A DNA stretch of 63,762 nt, counting the filler, from an uncultured Synergistales bacterium (GTDB taxonomy: Bacteria; Synergistota; Synergistia; Synergistales; Aminobacteriaceae): the NCBI GenBank assembly GCA_937897575.1. It is 10 parts of 10 records of this genome, joined end to end, with 100 filler letters (N's around TTAATTAATTAA, not from the genome) between each part and the next. Parts side by side here need not be neighbours in the genome. Positions count along the whole stretch, not along the records: positions 15,660 to 21,384 come from CALCQG010000138.1; positions 21,485 to 29,742 come from CALCQG010000139.1; positions 29,843 to 31,601 come from CALCQG010000141.1; 7 more parts are not named here. One strand, 5' to 3'. The notes beneath the pieces are model-generated. The model was not told the DNA's origin and did no database searches. It saw only the letters and a list, made by a program, of their open reading frames with translations. Position numbers and translations under genes: made by a program. Positions within the stretch are counted from its first letter, which is position 1. Each line of letters starts with the position of its first letter. Shown here one piece after another: positions 19,882 through 30,359 of this stretch.

Positions 19882-20997
19882 CTAGTAGGTCAGGAAGTCC
19901 ATCAGGACGAACAGGTAGTTGTCGTACTGCTTGCCCGCCTCGTCCACGTAGGGGCTGGTCTTGACATCGACCTTCGCGTAGTCGGACATGCACTGCTCGA
20001 GAACCTTGATGTCGAGTTTGTCGAAGGGGACTTCGCCCGCCATGACCTTGAAGGCGTACTCCGTGGAGGCCACGGTGGACATCATGGCCACGGGCACCGG
20101 CCAGGTGGACAGTCGTCCGGACATGCCCTTCTCGGCCAGGATCCTCTTGGTCTCGGCGATGACGTGCTGGAGGTCGCCGGGCTTGGAGCTGTCGGACTCG
20201 ATGCCGAGCGCCGTGGGGAATCCGTGGTAGGGCGACGGGCAGCAGGGCTGCGGGTAGATGGCCCCGGAATCGACGACGGCCTTGATGAGGGGGATCTGCA
20301 TGGCGCAGTTTGTGGAGAAGAAGGCCGTATCCTTGCCGTACTTCGCCACCATCTTCGGCACGTCCTCAAGGATGAACTGCTGGGCGCCCGGAAGGCCGGA
20401 GTCGCCCGTCGGGTCCGGAGCCGTGGCATCCACGAACTCGAGGCCGATCTCGGCGCACTTCTTCTTCATGAGCTCCCTGCGGGAGGAGAGAAGAACCTGG
20501 GACATGTGCCGGGGGAAGGAGTAGTGCACGAAGACCTTCGCGCCGAGCTTCTTGGCCTGGACGGGGATCTCGTTGCCCATGGCCAGTTCGTCGGGCTGCA
20601 GGATGAGGTGCGCCCTGGACGCCACATCGGGGGGGTTCTCCTGGGGAGTGCTGTAGACGATGAAGATGTCGTCCCGCGTCTCGAGCAGCTTGTCCACTGC
20701 CGCGTTCGTCCCGGGGACGGCCTGGTTGATGACCAGCGCCTTGACGTCCACGTCGTAGGCGAGCTTGGCGACGACGCTGACCATCTGCTCCTGCTCCGCC
20801 ATGAAGTTATCGGGCCACGTCACGTGGACGATCCGGTCGCCGTACTTCGCGACCATTTCCTGGGCGGAACGGTACTCCTCTTCGTTCTGCGATACGGTGT
20901 TCGTCACGATCGCGACCTTGCCGGCAGCGGCGAATGCCGGTGCGACAAGAGCGACGGTCAGGACGAAGACCAGCAGAACACCCAAAACCTTCTTCAT
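19882..20997 (-). CDS. DUF3798 family substrate-binding protein
   Basis: Signal peptide; TVSQNEEEYR, FVHYSFPRHMS, QPCCPSPYHG. Confidence 0.85.
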   Translation of the reverse strand: MKKVLGVLLVFVLTVALVAPAFAAAGKVAIVTNTVSQNEEEYRSAQEMVAKYGDRIVHVTWPDNFMAEQEQMVSVVAKLAYDVDVKALVINQAVPGTNAAVDKLLETRDDIFIVYSTPQENPPDVASRAHLILQPDELAMGNEIPVQAKKLGAKVFVHYSFPRHMSQVLLSSRRELMKKKCAEIGLEFVDATAPDPTGDSGLPGAQQFILEDVPKMVAKYGKDTAFFSTNCAMQIPLIKAVVDSGAIYPQPCCPSPYHGFPTALGIESDSSKPGDLQHVIAETKRILAEKGMSGRLSTWPVPVAMMSTVASTEYAFKVMAGEVPFDKLDIKVLEQCMSDYAKVDVKTSPYVDEAGKQYDNYLFVLMDFLTY

Positions 20998-21063
20998 TCC
21001 TTTCCCTCCCTTTCCTGTTCTGGAATTTGGAACGATTTTGATGGGATGGTGCACGCACGAACG

Positions 21064-21091
21064 ATCATATTCTTTTCCTTTTTTTCGTCAA
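21064..21091 (-). promoter_or_regulatory. Putative promoter of the ABC operon
   Basis: TTGACG-16 bp-TATGAT on the minus strand. Confidence 0.55.
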
Positions 21092-21384
21092 CCGCAGAAA
21101 TGCCGTCTCCAGCATCGGATGATCGCGCACAGGCCGCAGAACAGAAGCGAAGGACGGACTTCCCGTCCAGGATAAAGAGGGTGGATGAGCGGAAGGGTTC
21201 GGGCCACGCTCCCCTTCCCTGCGTCCGTCCTCTGGATTAAAAAGGAAAGACATATTATCATGCGAGGAAGAAAAACCGAAGAACGGAGGATGCTCCCGGT
21301 TCGACCCGCCGGACAGCGGGAGGGGCGCCTCGGATACACATCACTTCAGGGGGGATACCCATGATCAACGAAAAAAGAGTGGAC

Positions 21385-21484
21385 NNNNNNNNNNNNNNNN
21401 NNNNNNNNNNNNNNNNNNNNNNNNNNNNTTAATTAATTAANNNNNNNNNNNNNNNNNNNNNNNNNNNNNNNNNNNNNNNNNNNN
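21385..21484. other. Artificial contig linker
   Basis: N44-TTAATTAATTAA-N44. Confidence 0.98.
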
Positions 21485-21548
21485 TTTTGCGGTACGGGAA
21501 GGCGGCCACACCGTCGGCGCCGGCGTCGTTACCGAAATCTTGGAATAA
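21485..21548 (+). CDS. tuf: Elongation factor Tu, C-terminal fragment
   Basis: FAVREGGHTVGAGVVTEILE*. Confidence 0.95.
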
Positions 21549-21567
21549 CCCCGAGGGGGAATAGGCT

Positions 21568-21873
21568 GTGGCAAAAAAGATCCGCATCCGGTTAAAAGCC
21601 TTCGACCATAGAGTTCTCGATTCTTCGGCTTCTCAGATCGCTGAAACGGCGGACAGGAGTGGGGCCAAGGTCTCCGGCCCCATCCCTCTCCCGACTGAGA
21701 TAAACAAGATGACCATTCTCAAGTCGCCGCACAAGGACAAGGATGCGCGCGAGCAGTTTGAGATCCGGACTCATAAGCGCCTGATCGACATCATCAACCC
21801 CACGCAGAAAACTATGGACGCGCTTATGCAGCTGAACCTTCCTTCTGGGGTAGACATCCAGATAAAACTGTAA
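21568..21873 (+). CDS. rpsJ: 30S ribosomal protein S10
   Basis: [28 protein letters not shown]. Confidence 0.98.
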   Translation: MAKKIRIRLKAFDHRVLDSSASQIAETADRSGAKVSGPIPLPTEINKMTILKSPHKDKDAREQFEIRTHKRLIDIINPTQKTMDALMQLNLPSGVDIQIKL

Positions 21874-21905
21874 GGGAAGCTCTGAGCTGAAAGGAGTACT
21901 GTGAT

Positions 21906-22532
21906 ATGAGCATTGGTATTGTGGGCAAGAAAATGGGGATGACCCAGATATACAACGAACAGGGTCAGGCTGTAGCGGTCACCGTCATTCAGGCGGGGCC
22001 GTGCCCCATCGTGGACATCAAGACCCCGGACAGGGATGGATACAGCGCCCTGGTCGTCGGGTTCGAGGACGTGGATTCGCGTCGGTTGACGAAGCCCGAG
22101 AAGGGCCTTTTCAACAAAGCCAAGGTCGATCCCAAGAAGACCCTGCGCGAGTTCCGCCTCGACGCTCTGGACGAGTACGTCGTCGGTCAGGAGCTGACCG
22201 TCGGTCTTTTCGCCGAGGGCGAGGCCGTGCATGTGTGCGGCGTCAGCAAGGGAAAGGGTTTCGCCGGCGTCATGAAAAAGTACCATTTCGGCGGCTCGTG
22301 CTCCAGCCACGGAGCCTCCGTCGTGCACCGACGGGGCGGCTCCAGCGGCGCCTCGAGCTATCCTGGACGGGTCTTTAAGGGAAAGGCCATGCCCGGCCGG
22401 ATGGGGGGCGAGCGCGTAACCGTGAAAAATCTTACCGTAGTCGCAATTGATACCGACAACAACTTGCTTCTTGTAAAGGGTGCCGTGCCTGGTGCGAAAA
22501 ACGACCTGGTCACTCTTTACAAGAAGGCATAG
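21906..22532 (+). CDS. rplC: 50S ribosomal protein L3
   Basis: [23 protein letters not shown]. Confidence 0.98.
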   Translation: MSIGIVGKKMGMTQIYNEQGQAVAVTVIQAGPCPIVDIKTPDRDGYSALVVGFEDVDSRRLTKPEKGLFNKAKVDPKKTLREFRLDALDEYVVGQELTVGLFAEGEAVHVCGVSKGKGFAGVMKKYHFGGSCSSHGASVVHRRGGSSGASSYPGRVFKGKAMPGRMGGERVTVKNLTVVAIDTDNNLLLVKGAVPGAKNDLVTLYKKA

Positions 22533-22560
22533 CGTCGGCGAGAAGGAGGCTCGAAAGAGA

Positions 22561-23165
22561 ATGCCTACCCTAAAAATCGTCAATTTCCAGGGTGAAGCCG
22601 TAGGTGAGGTGGATCTCGCCGAACAAGTTTTTGGAGCGCCCGTTCACATCCCTGCCATGCATCAGGTGGTGGTTGCCCATCTTGCGAACGTACGACGGGG
22701 CACCCACTCCACCAAAACAAAGGGAGAAGTCCGCGGAGGCAGAAAAAGACGGGCCGCGCCCGGCACGGCAGCATCCGGTCTCCGCTGTGGGCGGGGGGCG
22801 GTGTTACCCATGGTCCGAAACCGAGGGACTACAGCCAAAAGGTCAATAAAAAGGTGCGTCGGCTTGCGCTGCGAAGCGCACTGTCCCTCAAGGCGAGGGA
22901 TGAGCTTCTGACGATCGTCCAAGCCTTTGATCTGGATAAACCCTCGACGAAGGCAATGCTCGCCTTTTTTACGGCAGTGAACGCCCGTAAGCCTCTGGTA
23001 GTCCTGCCCGAGACGAACGACTGCATTCAGAAGTCCGCTCGCAACGTCCCCGGGGCACGGGTAATCAACATGAGCAACATCAACGTGTATGACCTGCTCA
23101 ACGCCGGAACGCTCGTGCTGACGCCAGAGGTGGCAGAAAAGCTGCAGGAGGTGTACGCACAATGA
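22561..23165 (+). CDS. rplD: 50S ribosomal protein L4, frameshifted at ~22740 (probable assembly error)
   Basis: ..[13 protein letters not shown] then, in another frame, [21 protein letters not shown]..; the GRKPW segment is missing. Confidence 0.92.
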
Positions 23166-23458
23166 ATCTCATCGCCCATGACATCATCATCCGGCCCATC
23201 ATCACCGAGAAGAGCAGCCGGCTCATGGAGTTGAACAAGTATACCTTCGAAGTTCACCAGAGCGCCAACAAAATTCAGGTGCGCAAAGCTGTCGAAGAGG
23301 TCTTCAAGGTGAAGGTGCGCGGTGTAAACGTGCTCACCGTTCACCCCAAACCGAAGAGAACGGGAGCCTTCCTCGGGAAATCCCGGTCTTGGAAGAAGGC
23401 CATCGTATGCCTCGCCCCTGGAGAGCGCATTGAGTTCTTCGAAGGCGCAAGCGTATAG
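23162..23458 (+). CDS. rplW: 50S ribosomal protein L23
   Basis: [14 protein letters not shown]. Confidence 0.97.
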   Translation: MNLIAHDIIIRPIITEKSSRLMELNKYTFEVHQSANKIQVRKAVEEVFKVKVRGVNVLTVHPKPKRTGAFLGKSRSWKKAIVCLAPGERIEFFEGASV

Positions 23459-23478
23459 CGGAAGGAGAAGGAACGACA

Positions 23479-24306
23479 ATGGCAATCAAACAGTTTAAGC
23501 CCTATACGCCCGGTCGCAGATTCATGTCCGTTCAGGAGAACGACGACCTGACGAAAAAGGCACCGGAGAAGGCCCTTCTTGCACCTCTCCACAAAAAGGG
23601 CGGCCGCAACAACACGGGACGGATCACCATGCGTCATATCGGCGGGGGAGCCAAGCGGCGCTACCGCATCATCGACTTCAAGAGGAACAAGCTCTCTGTG
23701 CCCGGAAAGGTGGCCGCTCTGGAATACGATCCGAACAGGAACGCCCGCATCGCGCTCATCCACTACCTGGATGGCGAAAAGCGGTATATTCTTGCGCCCA
23801 AGGATGTTTCCGTAGGGGATACCATTTTTGCGGGCCCCGAGTCGGACATCCGCCCCGGGAACGCGCTCAAGCTCAAGGATATCCCCGTCGGCACCACGGT
23901 GCACAATATCGAACTGGAGCCGGGGCGTGGAGGCAAACTCGTCCGAGCGGCCGGGACGTCGGCACAGCTCATGGCCAAAGAAGGGAAATACGCCTATATC
24001 CGTATGCCCAGCGGCGAGCTTCGGCTTATCCTCTGCGAGTGCATGGCGACGGTCGGGCAGGTGGGCAACGAAGATTACGAGAACACCTCGTTCGGCAAGG
24101 CGGGAAAAACACGCTGGCTTGGAGGTCGCCCCAAGGTTCGGGGCATCGTGATGAACCCAGTGGATCACCCCATGGGTGGCGGCGAGGGAAAGAGCAAGTC
24201 GCACAAACACCCCGTCTCGCCCTGGGGCACCCCGGCAAAAGGGTACCGTACCAGGAAGAATAAGCCGTCTGACCGTCTCATCGTGCGGCGCCGGTACGAG
24301 AAATAA
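23479..24306 (+). CDS. rplB: 50S ribosomal protein L2
   Basis: [29 protein letters not shown]. Confidence 0.99.
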   Translation: MAIKQFKPYTPGRRFMSVQENDDLTKKAPEKALLAPLHKKGGRNNTGRITMRHIGGGAKRRYRIIDFKRNKLSVPGKVAALEYDPNRNARIALIHYLDGEKRYILAPKDVSVGDTIFAGPESDIRPGNALKLKDIPVGTTVHNIELEPGRGGKLVRAAGTSAQLMAKEGKYAYIRMPSGELRLILCECMATVGQVGNEDYENTSFGKAGKTRWLGGRPKVRGIVMNPVDHPMGGGEGKSKSHKHPVSPWGTPAKGYRTRKNKPSDRLIVRRRYEK

Positions 24307-24318
24307 GGAGGGACAGAG

Positions 24319-24600
24319 ATGGCTCGTTCCAGGAAAAAGGGGCCCTATGTTGATCTGAAGCTGCTCCGCAAGGTCGAAAGCATGAATGAGGGGACCGCAA
24401 AGAAGGTCCTGAAGACATGGTCGCGGCGTTCCACCGTCGTTCCGGCCATGATCGGCCATACCATCGCGGTGCACAACGGAAGGATCCATATCCCCATCTA
24501 CATCAGCGAAAATATGGTCGGACATAAGCTTGGAGAGTTCGCGCCCACCCGCAAGTTCGGAGGACATGCGGGGCAGGAACGGTCCTCCAGGGTCCGGTAA
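24319..24600 (+). CDS. rpsS: 30S ribosomal protein S19
   Basis: [18 protein letters not shown]. Confidence 0.98.
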   Translation: MARSRKKGPYVDLKLLRKVESMNEGTAKKVLKTWSRRSTVVPAMIGHTIAVHNGRIHIPIYISENMVGHKLGEFAPTRKFGGHAGQERSSRVR

Positions 24601-24612
24601 GGAGTGATGGCG

Positions 24613-24945
24613 ATGGAAGCGAAAGCCGTTGCCAGACAGGTTCGCGTCTCTCCGATAAAAGTCCGGAGGGTGCTGGCCCTGATCAAGGGGAAGAAAGCGG
24701 ATGACGCGCTCTCGATTTTGAAGTACAGCCCGCAGAAATCGGCCCGGCTCGTGGGAAAGGTGCTGCAGAGCGCCGTGGCCAATGCGGAGCACAATTTCGG
24801 CATGGACACAGACAAGTTGCATGTAGTGGCGGCTACGGCGGACCAGGGGCCGAGGATGAAACGTTTTCGTCCCGTCTCCATGGGAAGGGCCCACCCGTAC
24901 ATCCACCGTACAAGTCACGTGACCGTCGTCGTCGCGGAACGTTAA
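24613..24945 (+). CDS. rplV: 50S ribosomal protein L22
   Basis: SPIKVR, SAVANAEHN, RTSHVTV. Confidence 0.97.
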   Translation: MEAKAVARQVRVSPIKVRRVLALIKGKKADDALSILKYSPQKSARLVGKVLQSAVANAEHNFGMDTDKLHVVAATADQGPRMKRFRPVSMGRAHPYIHRTSHVTVVVAER

Positions 24946-24957
24946 GGAGGGGGAACC

Positions 24958-25626
24958 GTGGGACAAAAAGTGCACCCGGTTGTTTTTCGTCTGGGCGTCA
25001 TGAGCGAATGGGAGTCCAAATGGTTCGCGAGTGGCAAGGAGTACGCGAAGAACCTGCACGAAGACATCGCTCTTCGTTCATATATCGCAAAAAAATGGGA
25101 GCATGCAGGCCTCTCTCGTATTGAGATAGAACGGGTCGGCCACGTTATTCGCTTCACTCTTTGGACCTCCCGGCCTGGAGTAGTTATCGGCCGCGGCGGC
25201 GCCGAGATTCAGGTGATGAAGGACGATCTGCAGGCTAAAACAGGGGCGAAGATCATGATCAACGTCCAGGAGATCAAGAACCCCGACGTGGAAGCCCAGC
25301 TTGTGGCCGTTGGCGTGGCTTCGGCCCTGGAACGGAGGGTTTCCTTCCGGAGGGCGATGAAACAGGCCATCTTCCGCGCCATGAAGGGCGGCGCAAAGGG
25401 GATCAAGATATCCTGTTCCGGCCGGCTCGGCGGAGCGGAGATCGCCCGCACGGAGTGGTACAACGAAGGACAGCTGCCGCTCTCCACGATCCGTGCCGAC
25501 ATCGACTACGGTTTCGCCGAGGCAAAGACCATGTACGGCGTCATCGGCGTCAAGGTCTGGATCTACCGCGACAAGGCCAATGAACGGCCCGCTCAGGCTC
25601 CGCGCCAGGGACGGAGAAGGGGGTAA
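24958..25626 (+). CDS. rpsC: 30S ribosomal protein S3
   Basis: GQKVHP, RPGVVIGRGG, SGRLGGAEIAR. Confidence 0.98.
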   Translation: MGQKVHPVVFRLGVMSEWESKWFASGKEYAKNLHEDIALRSYIAKKWEHAGLSRIEIERVGHVIRFTLWTSRPGVVIGRGGAEIQVMKDDLQAKTGAKIMINVQEIKNPDVEAQLVAVGVASALERRVSFRRAMKQAIFRAMKGGAKGIKISCSGRLGGAEIARTEWYNEGQLPLSTIRADIDYGFAEAKTMYGVIGVKVWIYRDKANERPAQAPRQGRRRG

Positions 25627-25632
25627 CGGACA

Positions 25633-26055
25633 ATGTTGATGCCAAGCAGGGTCAAATATCGCAAACCCTTCCGTCGTCCGCTGAAGGGCAGGACAAAGGG
25701 CGGCGCATCCGTCGCGTTCGGCGAGTACGGTCTTCAGAGCCTCGATTGCGCATGGATCACGGCCCGGCAGATCGAAGCCACCCGAGTCGCCATCTCGAGA
25801 AAGATGAAAAAGGGCGGGAAAATATGGATCCGCATCTTCCCCGATCACCCCTACACGAAGAAGCCTCTTGAAACACGAATGGGGAAGGGAAAGGGTGCGA
25901 CGGAGTTCTGGGTAGCGCCGGTGAAAAGAGGACGCATCCTCTTCGAAATAGCCGGAGTTTCAAAAGACGTTGTCGAGGACGCTTTCCGCACAGCTTCTCA
26001 CAAGTTGCCGGTCAAAGTGCGGATTGTAGCCCGGGACGACATAGGTGGTGAATGA
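25633..26055 (+). CDS. rplP: 50S ribosomal protein L16
   Basis: [15 protein letters not shown]. Confidence 0.98.
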   Translation: MLMPSRVKYRKPFRRPLKGRTKGGASVAFGEYGLQSLDCAWITARQIEATRVAISRKMKKGGKIWIRIFPDHPYTKKPLETRMGKGKGATEFWVAPVKRGRILFEIAGVSKDVVEDAFRTASHKLPVKVRIVARDDIGGE

Positions 26056-26057
26056 CG

Positions 26058-26273
26058 ATGGATGCCAGAAATCTGCGTGACCTCACGATCGACGAACTGA
26101 ACGAAAAGCACAGGGAGTTCAAGGAAGAGCTCTTCAACCTGCGTTTTCAGAATGCCGTCGGACAGCTGCAGAATACCGGGAGGATTAAGACCGTAAAGAA
26201 GACCATTGCCCGGGTGCTTACCGTTGTCCGCGAGAAAGAGATGGCCGGCGAGCAAGCTGCCGGAAGGAGGTAG
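26058..26273 (+). CDS. rpmC: 50S ribosomal protein L29
   Basis: [19 protein letters not shown]. Confidence 0.96.
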   Translation: MDARNLRDLTIDELNEKHREFKEELFNLRFQNAVGQLQNTGRIKTVKKTIARVLTVVREKEMAGEQAAGRR

Positions 26274-26281
26274 CAGGGAAT

Positions 26282-26584
26282 ATGGAACAGCAGACTCCCC
26301 ATCGCAAGGTTCGAACGGGAACCGTAGTCAGCGATAAGATGGACAAGACGGTGGTCGTCAGGGTGACGCGGCACGCCAAGCACCCCCTCTACGAAAAGAG
26401 GATCGTGCGGGCGAAAAAGTACACGGCCCATGACGAGAACAACGAGTGCAGGATCGGCGACGTCGTGACGATCGGCGAAACTCGTCCTATCAGCAAGATG
26501 AAGTGCTGGACGCTTCTCGAGATCGTCCGGCGGGCTCCCGTGTTCGGCGATTCGGTCGTTGACGACGAGGAGGAGCAGGCATGA
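26282..26584 (+). CDS. rpsQ: 30S ribosomal protein S17
   Basis: [20 protein letters not shown]. Confidence 0.97.
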   Translation: MEQQTPHRKVRTGTVVSDKMDKTVVVRVTRHAKHPLYEKRIVRAKKYTAHDENNECRIGDVVTIGETRPISKMKCWTLLEIVRRAPVFGDSVVDDEEEQA

Positions 26585-26949
26585 TACAGCTCACCACCGT
26601 CCTCAACGTGGCCGACAACTCGGGTGCGAAAAAGCTCTTCTGCATCCAGGTGCTCGGCGGAAGCAAACGGCGCTCGGGGACCATCGGCGACGTCATCGTC
26701 GCCTCCGTCCGCGAGGCCATACCGAACAGCAATATCGCCAAAGGGACCGTCGTGAAGGCCGTCATCGTCCGGACCAAAAAAGAGATCCGGCGGGCCGACG
26801 GAAGTTACGTCCGTTTCGACGACAACGCGGCGGTCATCATCGACAACAACGGCGACCCGAAGGGGACCCGTATATTTGGACCGGTAGGCCGGGAGCTGCG
26901 TGCGAAGAAGTACATGCGCATCCTTTCGCTCGCCCCGGAAGTAGTGTAA
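26581..26949 (+). CDS. rplN: 50S ribosomal protein L14
   Basis: [23 protein letters not shown]. Confidence 0.98.
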   Translation: MIQLTTVLNVADNSGAKKLFCIQVLGGSKRRSGTIGDVIVASVREAIPNSNIAKGTVVKAVIVRTKKEIRRADGSYVRFDDNAAVIIDNNGDPKGTRIFGPVGRELRAKKYMRILSLAPEVV

Positions 26950-26978
26950 TGGAGTTCAGACGTGTGCTCTTCCGATCT
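26950..26978 (+). other. Illumina TruSeq adapter sequence (artefact)
   Basis: TGGAGTTCAGACGTGTGCTCTTCCGATCT. Confidence 0.97.
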
Positions 26979-26997
26979 GTAACGGAGGTCTGTGGAT

Positions 26998-27324
26998 ATG
27001 GGCAAAATGCGGATACGAAAGGGAGATCGAGTTCGTGTCATTTCCGGGAAGGACAAGGGCAAGGAGGGCAAAGTCCTCCGCTCCATCCCCGATCGGGAGC
27101 TTCTGGTCATAGAGGGCGTCAACATGGCGACGAGGCATGTGAAACCCTCCCAGAAGAACCCGAAGTCCGGAATCGTCAAACAGGAAGTGCCGGTATACGC
27201 ATGCAAGGTCATGCTGGTTTGTCCGTCCTGTGGTGCTGCAACCCGTGTAGGCCGAGGGTTTCTTGACAGCGGGAAGAAAGTTCGCTTGTGCAAGGCCTGC
27301 GGCGAAATTGTGGACCAGGTGTAA
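26998..27324 (+). CDS. rplX: 50S ribosomal protein L24 (with CxxC..CxxC)
   Basis: [20 protein letters not shown] motif. Confidence 0.96.
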   Translation: MGKMRIRKGDRVRVISGKDKGKEGKVLRSIPDRELLVIEGVNMATRHVKPSQKNPKSGIVKQEVPVYACKVMLVCPSCGAATRVGRGFLDSGKKVRLCKACGEIVDQV

Positions 27325-27340
27325 GGAGGAGAGTGCGCCA

Positions 27341-27883
27341 ATGACCCCTCGCTTGCTTGAGAGGTATAAGAACGAGATCGCACCGAAGCTCGTTCAGGAG
27401 TTCAACTACAAGAACATTATGGAGACCCCCCGTCTGAAGAAGATCGTCGTCAACATCGGCGCAGGCGAGGCGAAGGTGGACATAAAGTATATGGATGTCG
27501 CCGTGGCGGAACTGACGGCGATCACAGGACAGCGCCCCCTCCTGAAGCGGGCGAAGAAATCCATCGCGGGATTCAAACTCAGACAGGGAATGCCTGTCGC
27601 GTGCTCCGTCACGCTCCGGGGCACCCGCATGTGGGAGTTTCTCGACCGTCTCGTGACCCTCGCACTGCCCAGCATCAAGGACTTCCAAGGCGTGATGCGA
27701 CGGGGGTTCGACGGCCGGGGAAACTACAACCTCGGACTCAGGGAGCAGCTCATATTCCCCGAGATCAGCTACGACAAAGTGATTCGTCCCCGCGGCATGA
27801 ATGTCAGCATCGTGACATCCGCCCGATCGGACGAAGAGGCCTATGCCCTTCTTCGTGAACTGGGCATTCCTTTCAGCAAGTAG
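27341..27883 (+). CDS. rplE: 50S ribosomal protein L5
   Basis: [25 protein letters not shown]. Confidence 0.98.
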   Translation: MTPRLLERYKNEIAPKLVQEFNYKNIMETPRLKKIVVNIGAGEAKVDIKYMDVAVAELTAITGQRPLLKRAKKSIAGFKLRQGMPVACSVTLRGTRMWEFLDRLVTLALPSIKDFQGVMRRGFDGRGNYNLGLREQLIFPEISYDKVIRPRGMNVSIVTSARSDEEAYALLRELGIPFSK

Positions 27884-27899
27884 GAGAGGGGGAGAAACC

Positions 27900-28085
27900 A
27901 TGGCAAGAAAGGCGCTCAAACATAAAACAACTCTGCCCCCGAAGTTCGAGGTGAGAAAGTATAACAGGTGCCCGCTCTGCGGGCGAGTGCATGCGTATAT
28001 GAGGAAGTTCAACATGTGCCGGTGCTGCTTCAGGAAGCTCGCACGCGAGGGGAAAATCCCCGGCGTAGTGAAGTCAAGCTGGTAG
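27900..28085 (+). CDS. rpsN: 30S ribosomal protein S14 (zinc-binding type Z)
   Basis: RCPLCGR..MCRCCFR, 61 aa. Confidence 0.96.
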   Translation: MARKALKHKTTLPPKFEVRKYNRCPLCGRVHAYMRKFNMCRCCFRKLAREGKIPGVVKSSW

Positions 28086-28112
28086 CCGAGTGGCCTGAGG
28101 GAGGGACGAGAT

Positions 28113-28517
28113 ATGTACGTGACCGATCCGATCGCCGATATGCTGGCGCGCATTCGAAACGCGAACATCGTGTACCATGAAAGCGCGGACATTCCAGCCA
28201 GTAAGTTGAAGATGGAGATAGCGCGCATCCTCAAAGATGCTGGCTATATACGGAATTTCAAGCTTGTGACGGACCCCAAGAAGCCCTACAACAGCATCCG
28301 GGTCTTCTTATCCTACGGCCCCAACAGAGAGCGAGTGATCCAGGGTCTCCGCCGGATCAGCAAGCCCGGGCGCAGGATATACGTCCGCCACGACGACCTC
28401 CCGAAGGTCATGGGGGGGCTTGGGGTCGCAATCCTATCCACGTCGCAGGGACTCAAGACAGATGCCGAGGCCACGCAAATGGGCCTTGGCGGCGAAGTCC
28501 TCTGCTACGTGTGGTAG
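28113..28517 (+). CDS. rpsH: 30S ribosomal protein S8
   Basis: [24 protein letters not shown]. Confidence 0.98.
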   Translation: MYVTDPIADMLARIRNANIVYHESADIPASKLKMEIARILKDAGYIRNFKLVTDPKKPYNSIRVFLSYGPNRERVIQGLRRISKPGRRIYVRHDDLPKVMGGLGVAILSTSQGLKTDAEATQMGLGGEVLCYVW

Positions 28518-28533
28518 GGTGGAGGTGAATGAA

Positions 28534-29073
28534 ATGTCTCGAATTGGGAACAAACCAATCCACCTGGCGGCAGGGATAACGATGTCCGTCAAGGACGGGG
28601 TGGTCAAGGTCAAGGGACCCAAGGGGGAGCTCTCGACCCCTACTGTCCCCGGCGTTGATATCGCCCTCGAGGAAGGGAATATCGTCATCACCAGACAGAA
28701 CGAGGAAAAACAGACGAAGGCCTGGCACGGCATGATACGCGCTCTTGTATCAAACATGGTGACGGGCGTAAGCACCGGTTTCCAGAAAAACCTCGAGATC
28801 GTCGGCGTGGGGTACAGAGGCCAGATGCAGGGCAAAAAGCTTGTGTTGAACCTCGGGTACTCGAACCCCGTGGAGTACGAAGCCCCCACGGGCATCGAGA
28901 TCACGATGGACGGGCCGACGAAACTCTCTGTCAAGGGGATCGACAAGCAGGTCGTGGGACAGGTTGCGGCCATTATCCGCGGTTTCCGGTCTCCTGAGCC
29001 CTATCAGGGCAAGGGCATTCGGTACGTCGGCGAACGCGTTATACGCAAGGCCGGGAAGACCGGCACAAAGTAA
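28534..29073 (+). CDS. rplF: 50S ribosomal protein L6
   Basis: MSRIG, KGPKGEL, PEPYQGKGIRY. Confidence 0.98.
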   Translation: MSRIGNKPIHLAAGITMSVKDGVVKVKGPKGELSTPTVPGVDIALEEGNIVITRQNEEKQTKAWHGMIRALVSNMVTGVSTGFQKNLEIVGVGYRGQMQGKKLVLNLGYSNPVEYEAPTGIEITMDGPTKLSVKGIDKQVVGQVAAIIRGFRSPEPYQGKGIRYVGERVIRKAGKTGTK

Positions 29074-29088
29074 TCCGAGGTGAAGACG

Positions 29089-29463
29089 ATGAAAAATAAA
29101 AGCAGGAGCTCCATGAGGGCCCTTCGCCATGCCCGGCTCAGAAAGGGCGTCAACGGAGTCCGTGGAACCGCGGAGAGGCCGAGGATGGCCGTCTTTCACA
29201 GCCTCCACCATATATACGTTCAGTTCATTGATGACGATCTGGGCAATACGCTGGCCGCCGCGTCGACCCTTGAGCCGTCCATCAAAGGAACACTTTCGGG
29301 AACGTGCAATATTGATGCCGCGAAGTCGATCGGAAAGACCGCTGCAGAGCGGGCGATCGCCAAGGGCATCACCACGGTTGTCTTCGACAGAGGCGGACAT
29401 ATGTTCCACGGGAAGGTAAAAGCCCTGGCCGATTCCGCCCGCGAAGCCGGCCTGAAGTTCTGA
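29089..29463 (+). CDS. rplR: 50S ribosomal protein L18
   Basis: [23 protein letters not shown]. Confidence 0.97.
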   Translation: MKNKSRSSMRALRHARLRKGVNGVRGTAERPRMAVFHSLHHIYVQFIDDDLGNTLAAASTLEPSIKGTLSGTCNIDAAKSIGKTAAERAIAKGITTVVFDRGGHMFHGKVKALADSAREAGLKF

Positions 29464-29479
29464 TGGGGAGGCTAGGACG

Positions 29480-29742
29480 ATGGTAAAGAATAAGGTGGAT
29501 GCCAAGGATCTCGAACTTACTGAGCGCGTCGTCGCCATCAACAGAGTCAGTAAGGTCGTCAAAGGCGGCAAGCGGTTCAAGTTCAGCGTCCTCGTCGTCG
29601 TCGGCGACGGAGACAGATACGTCGGAGTGGGAATGGGCAAGGCCAAGGAAATTTCCGAGGCCGTCCGGAAGGGCATCGACAAGGCGGGGAAGAACCTGCA
29701 TGAGTTGAAGAAGATCGGCAATACGATCCCGCACCCCGTGAA
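29480..29742 (+). CDS. rpsE: 30S ribosomal protein S5 (3'-truncated)
   Basis: [18 protein letters not shown]. Confidence 0.97.
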
Positions 29743-29842
29743 NNNNNNNNNNNNNNNNNNNNNNNNNNNNNNNNNNNNNNNNNNNNTTAATTAATTAANN
29801 NNNNNNNNNNNNNNNNNNNNNNNNNNNNNNNNNNNNNNNNNN
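29743..29842. other. Artificial contig linker
   Basis: N44-TTAATTAATTAA-N44. Confidence 0.98.
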
Positions 29843-29845
29843 CGG

Positions 29846-30259
29846 ATGAGGTGGGACGAGGAACAGGACGACGTCCTGCGGGAGTGCTCCTACCGAGGCG
29901 CTCGCTATGCCCGCGACGAGATCGAGCGACGCTGCGGTGTGAGCCACAGCGTCGCCGCCGTCGAGATGCGCGCGAGCCGGATTCACTGCAGCCTTGCCGT
30001 GCAGACCGTGTGCCCCTCCTGCGGCGCCGTGGGCGTGAACCTCAACAGGTCAACCGGAATGTGCCGGCTGTGCTCGGAGCGCTATCACCTGGAGCAGGAG
30101 CGGGCGTTCAACGAGCTCCTTGAGAGAGAGCGGGCCGAGGTCGAGGACTCCGTTGCCGTCGAGGCGGCCAGGCGGGAGCGCGACCGCCTGCGCCAGGCGA
30201 ACTCGAGGCTGTGCAGAAAGTACGGGCTTCCCAGCCGCAGGGAGCGGGGAATGGGGTGA
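29846..30259 (+). CDS. Phage/ICE-like hypothetical protein with CxxC..CxxC zinc finger
   Basis: W..E.D..L Myb-like start; CPSC..CRLC; coiled-coil C-terminus. Confidence 0.6.
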   Translation: MRWDEEQDDVLRECSYRGARYARDEIERRCGVSHSVAAVEMRASRIHCSLAVQTVCPSCGAVGVNLNRSTGMCRLCSERYHLEQERAFNELLERERAEVEDSVAVEAARRERDRLRQANSRLCRKYGLPSRRERGMG

Positions 30260-30359
30260 TTCCGTCTACCGAAGTGTAACTTTGTCATATTCAACGTTAT
30301 TTTAGAATATTGAGTCGGTTACTGGTGGCTACTTCGAGATTGGGAAGGTCGCTTCCACC

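Noticed and set aside
21361..21384. Start of a divergent gene (MINEKRVD)
   Set aside because: Only eight codons before the gap; cannot be identified.
22561..23165. Programmed frameshift or macrolide-resistance allele in rplD
   Set aside because: Conserved residues are missing and the frame is lost; resistance alleles of the L4 loop are in frame.
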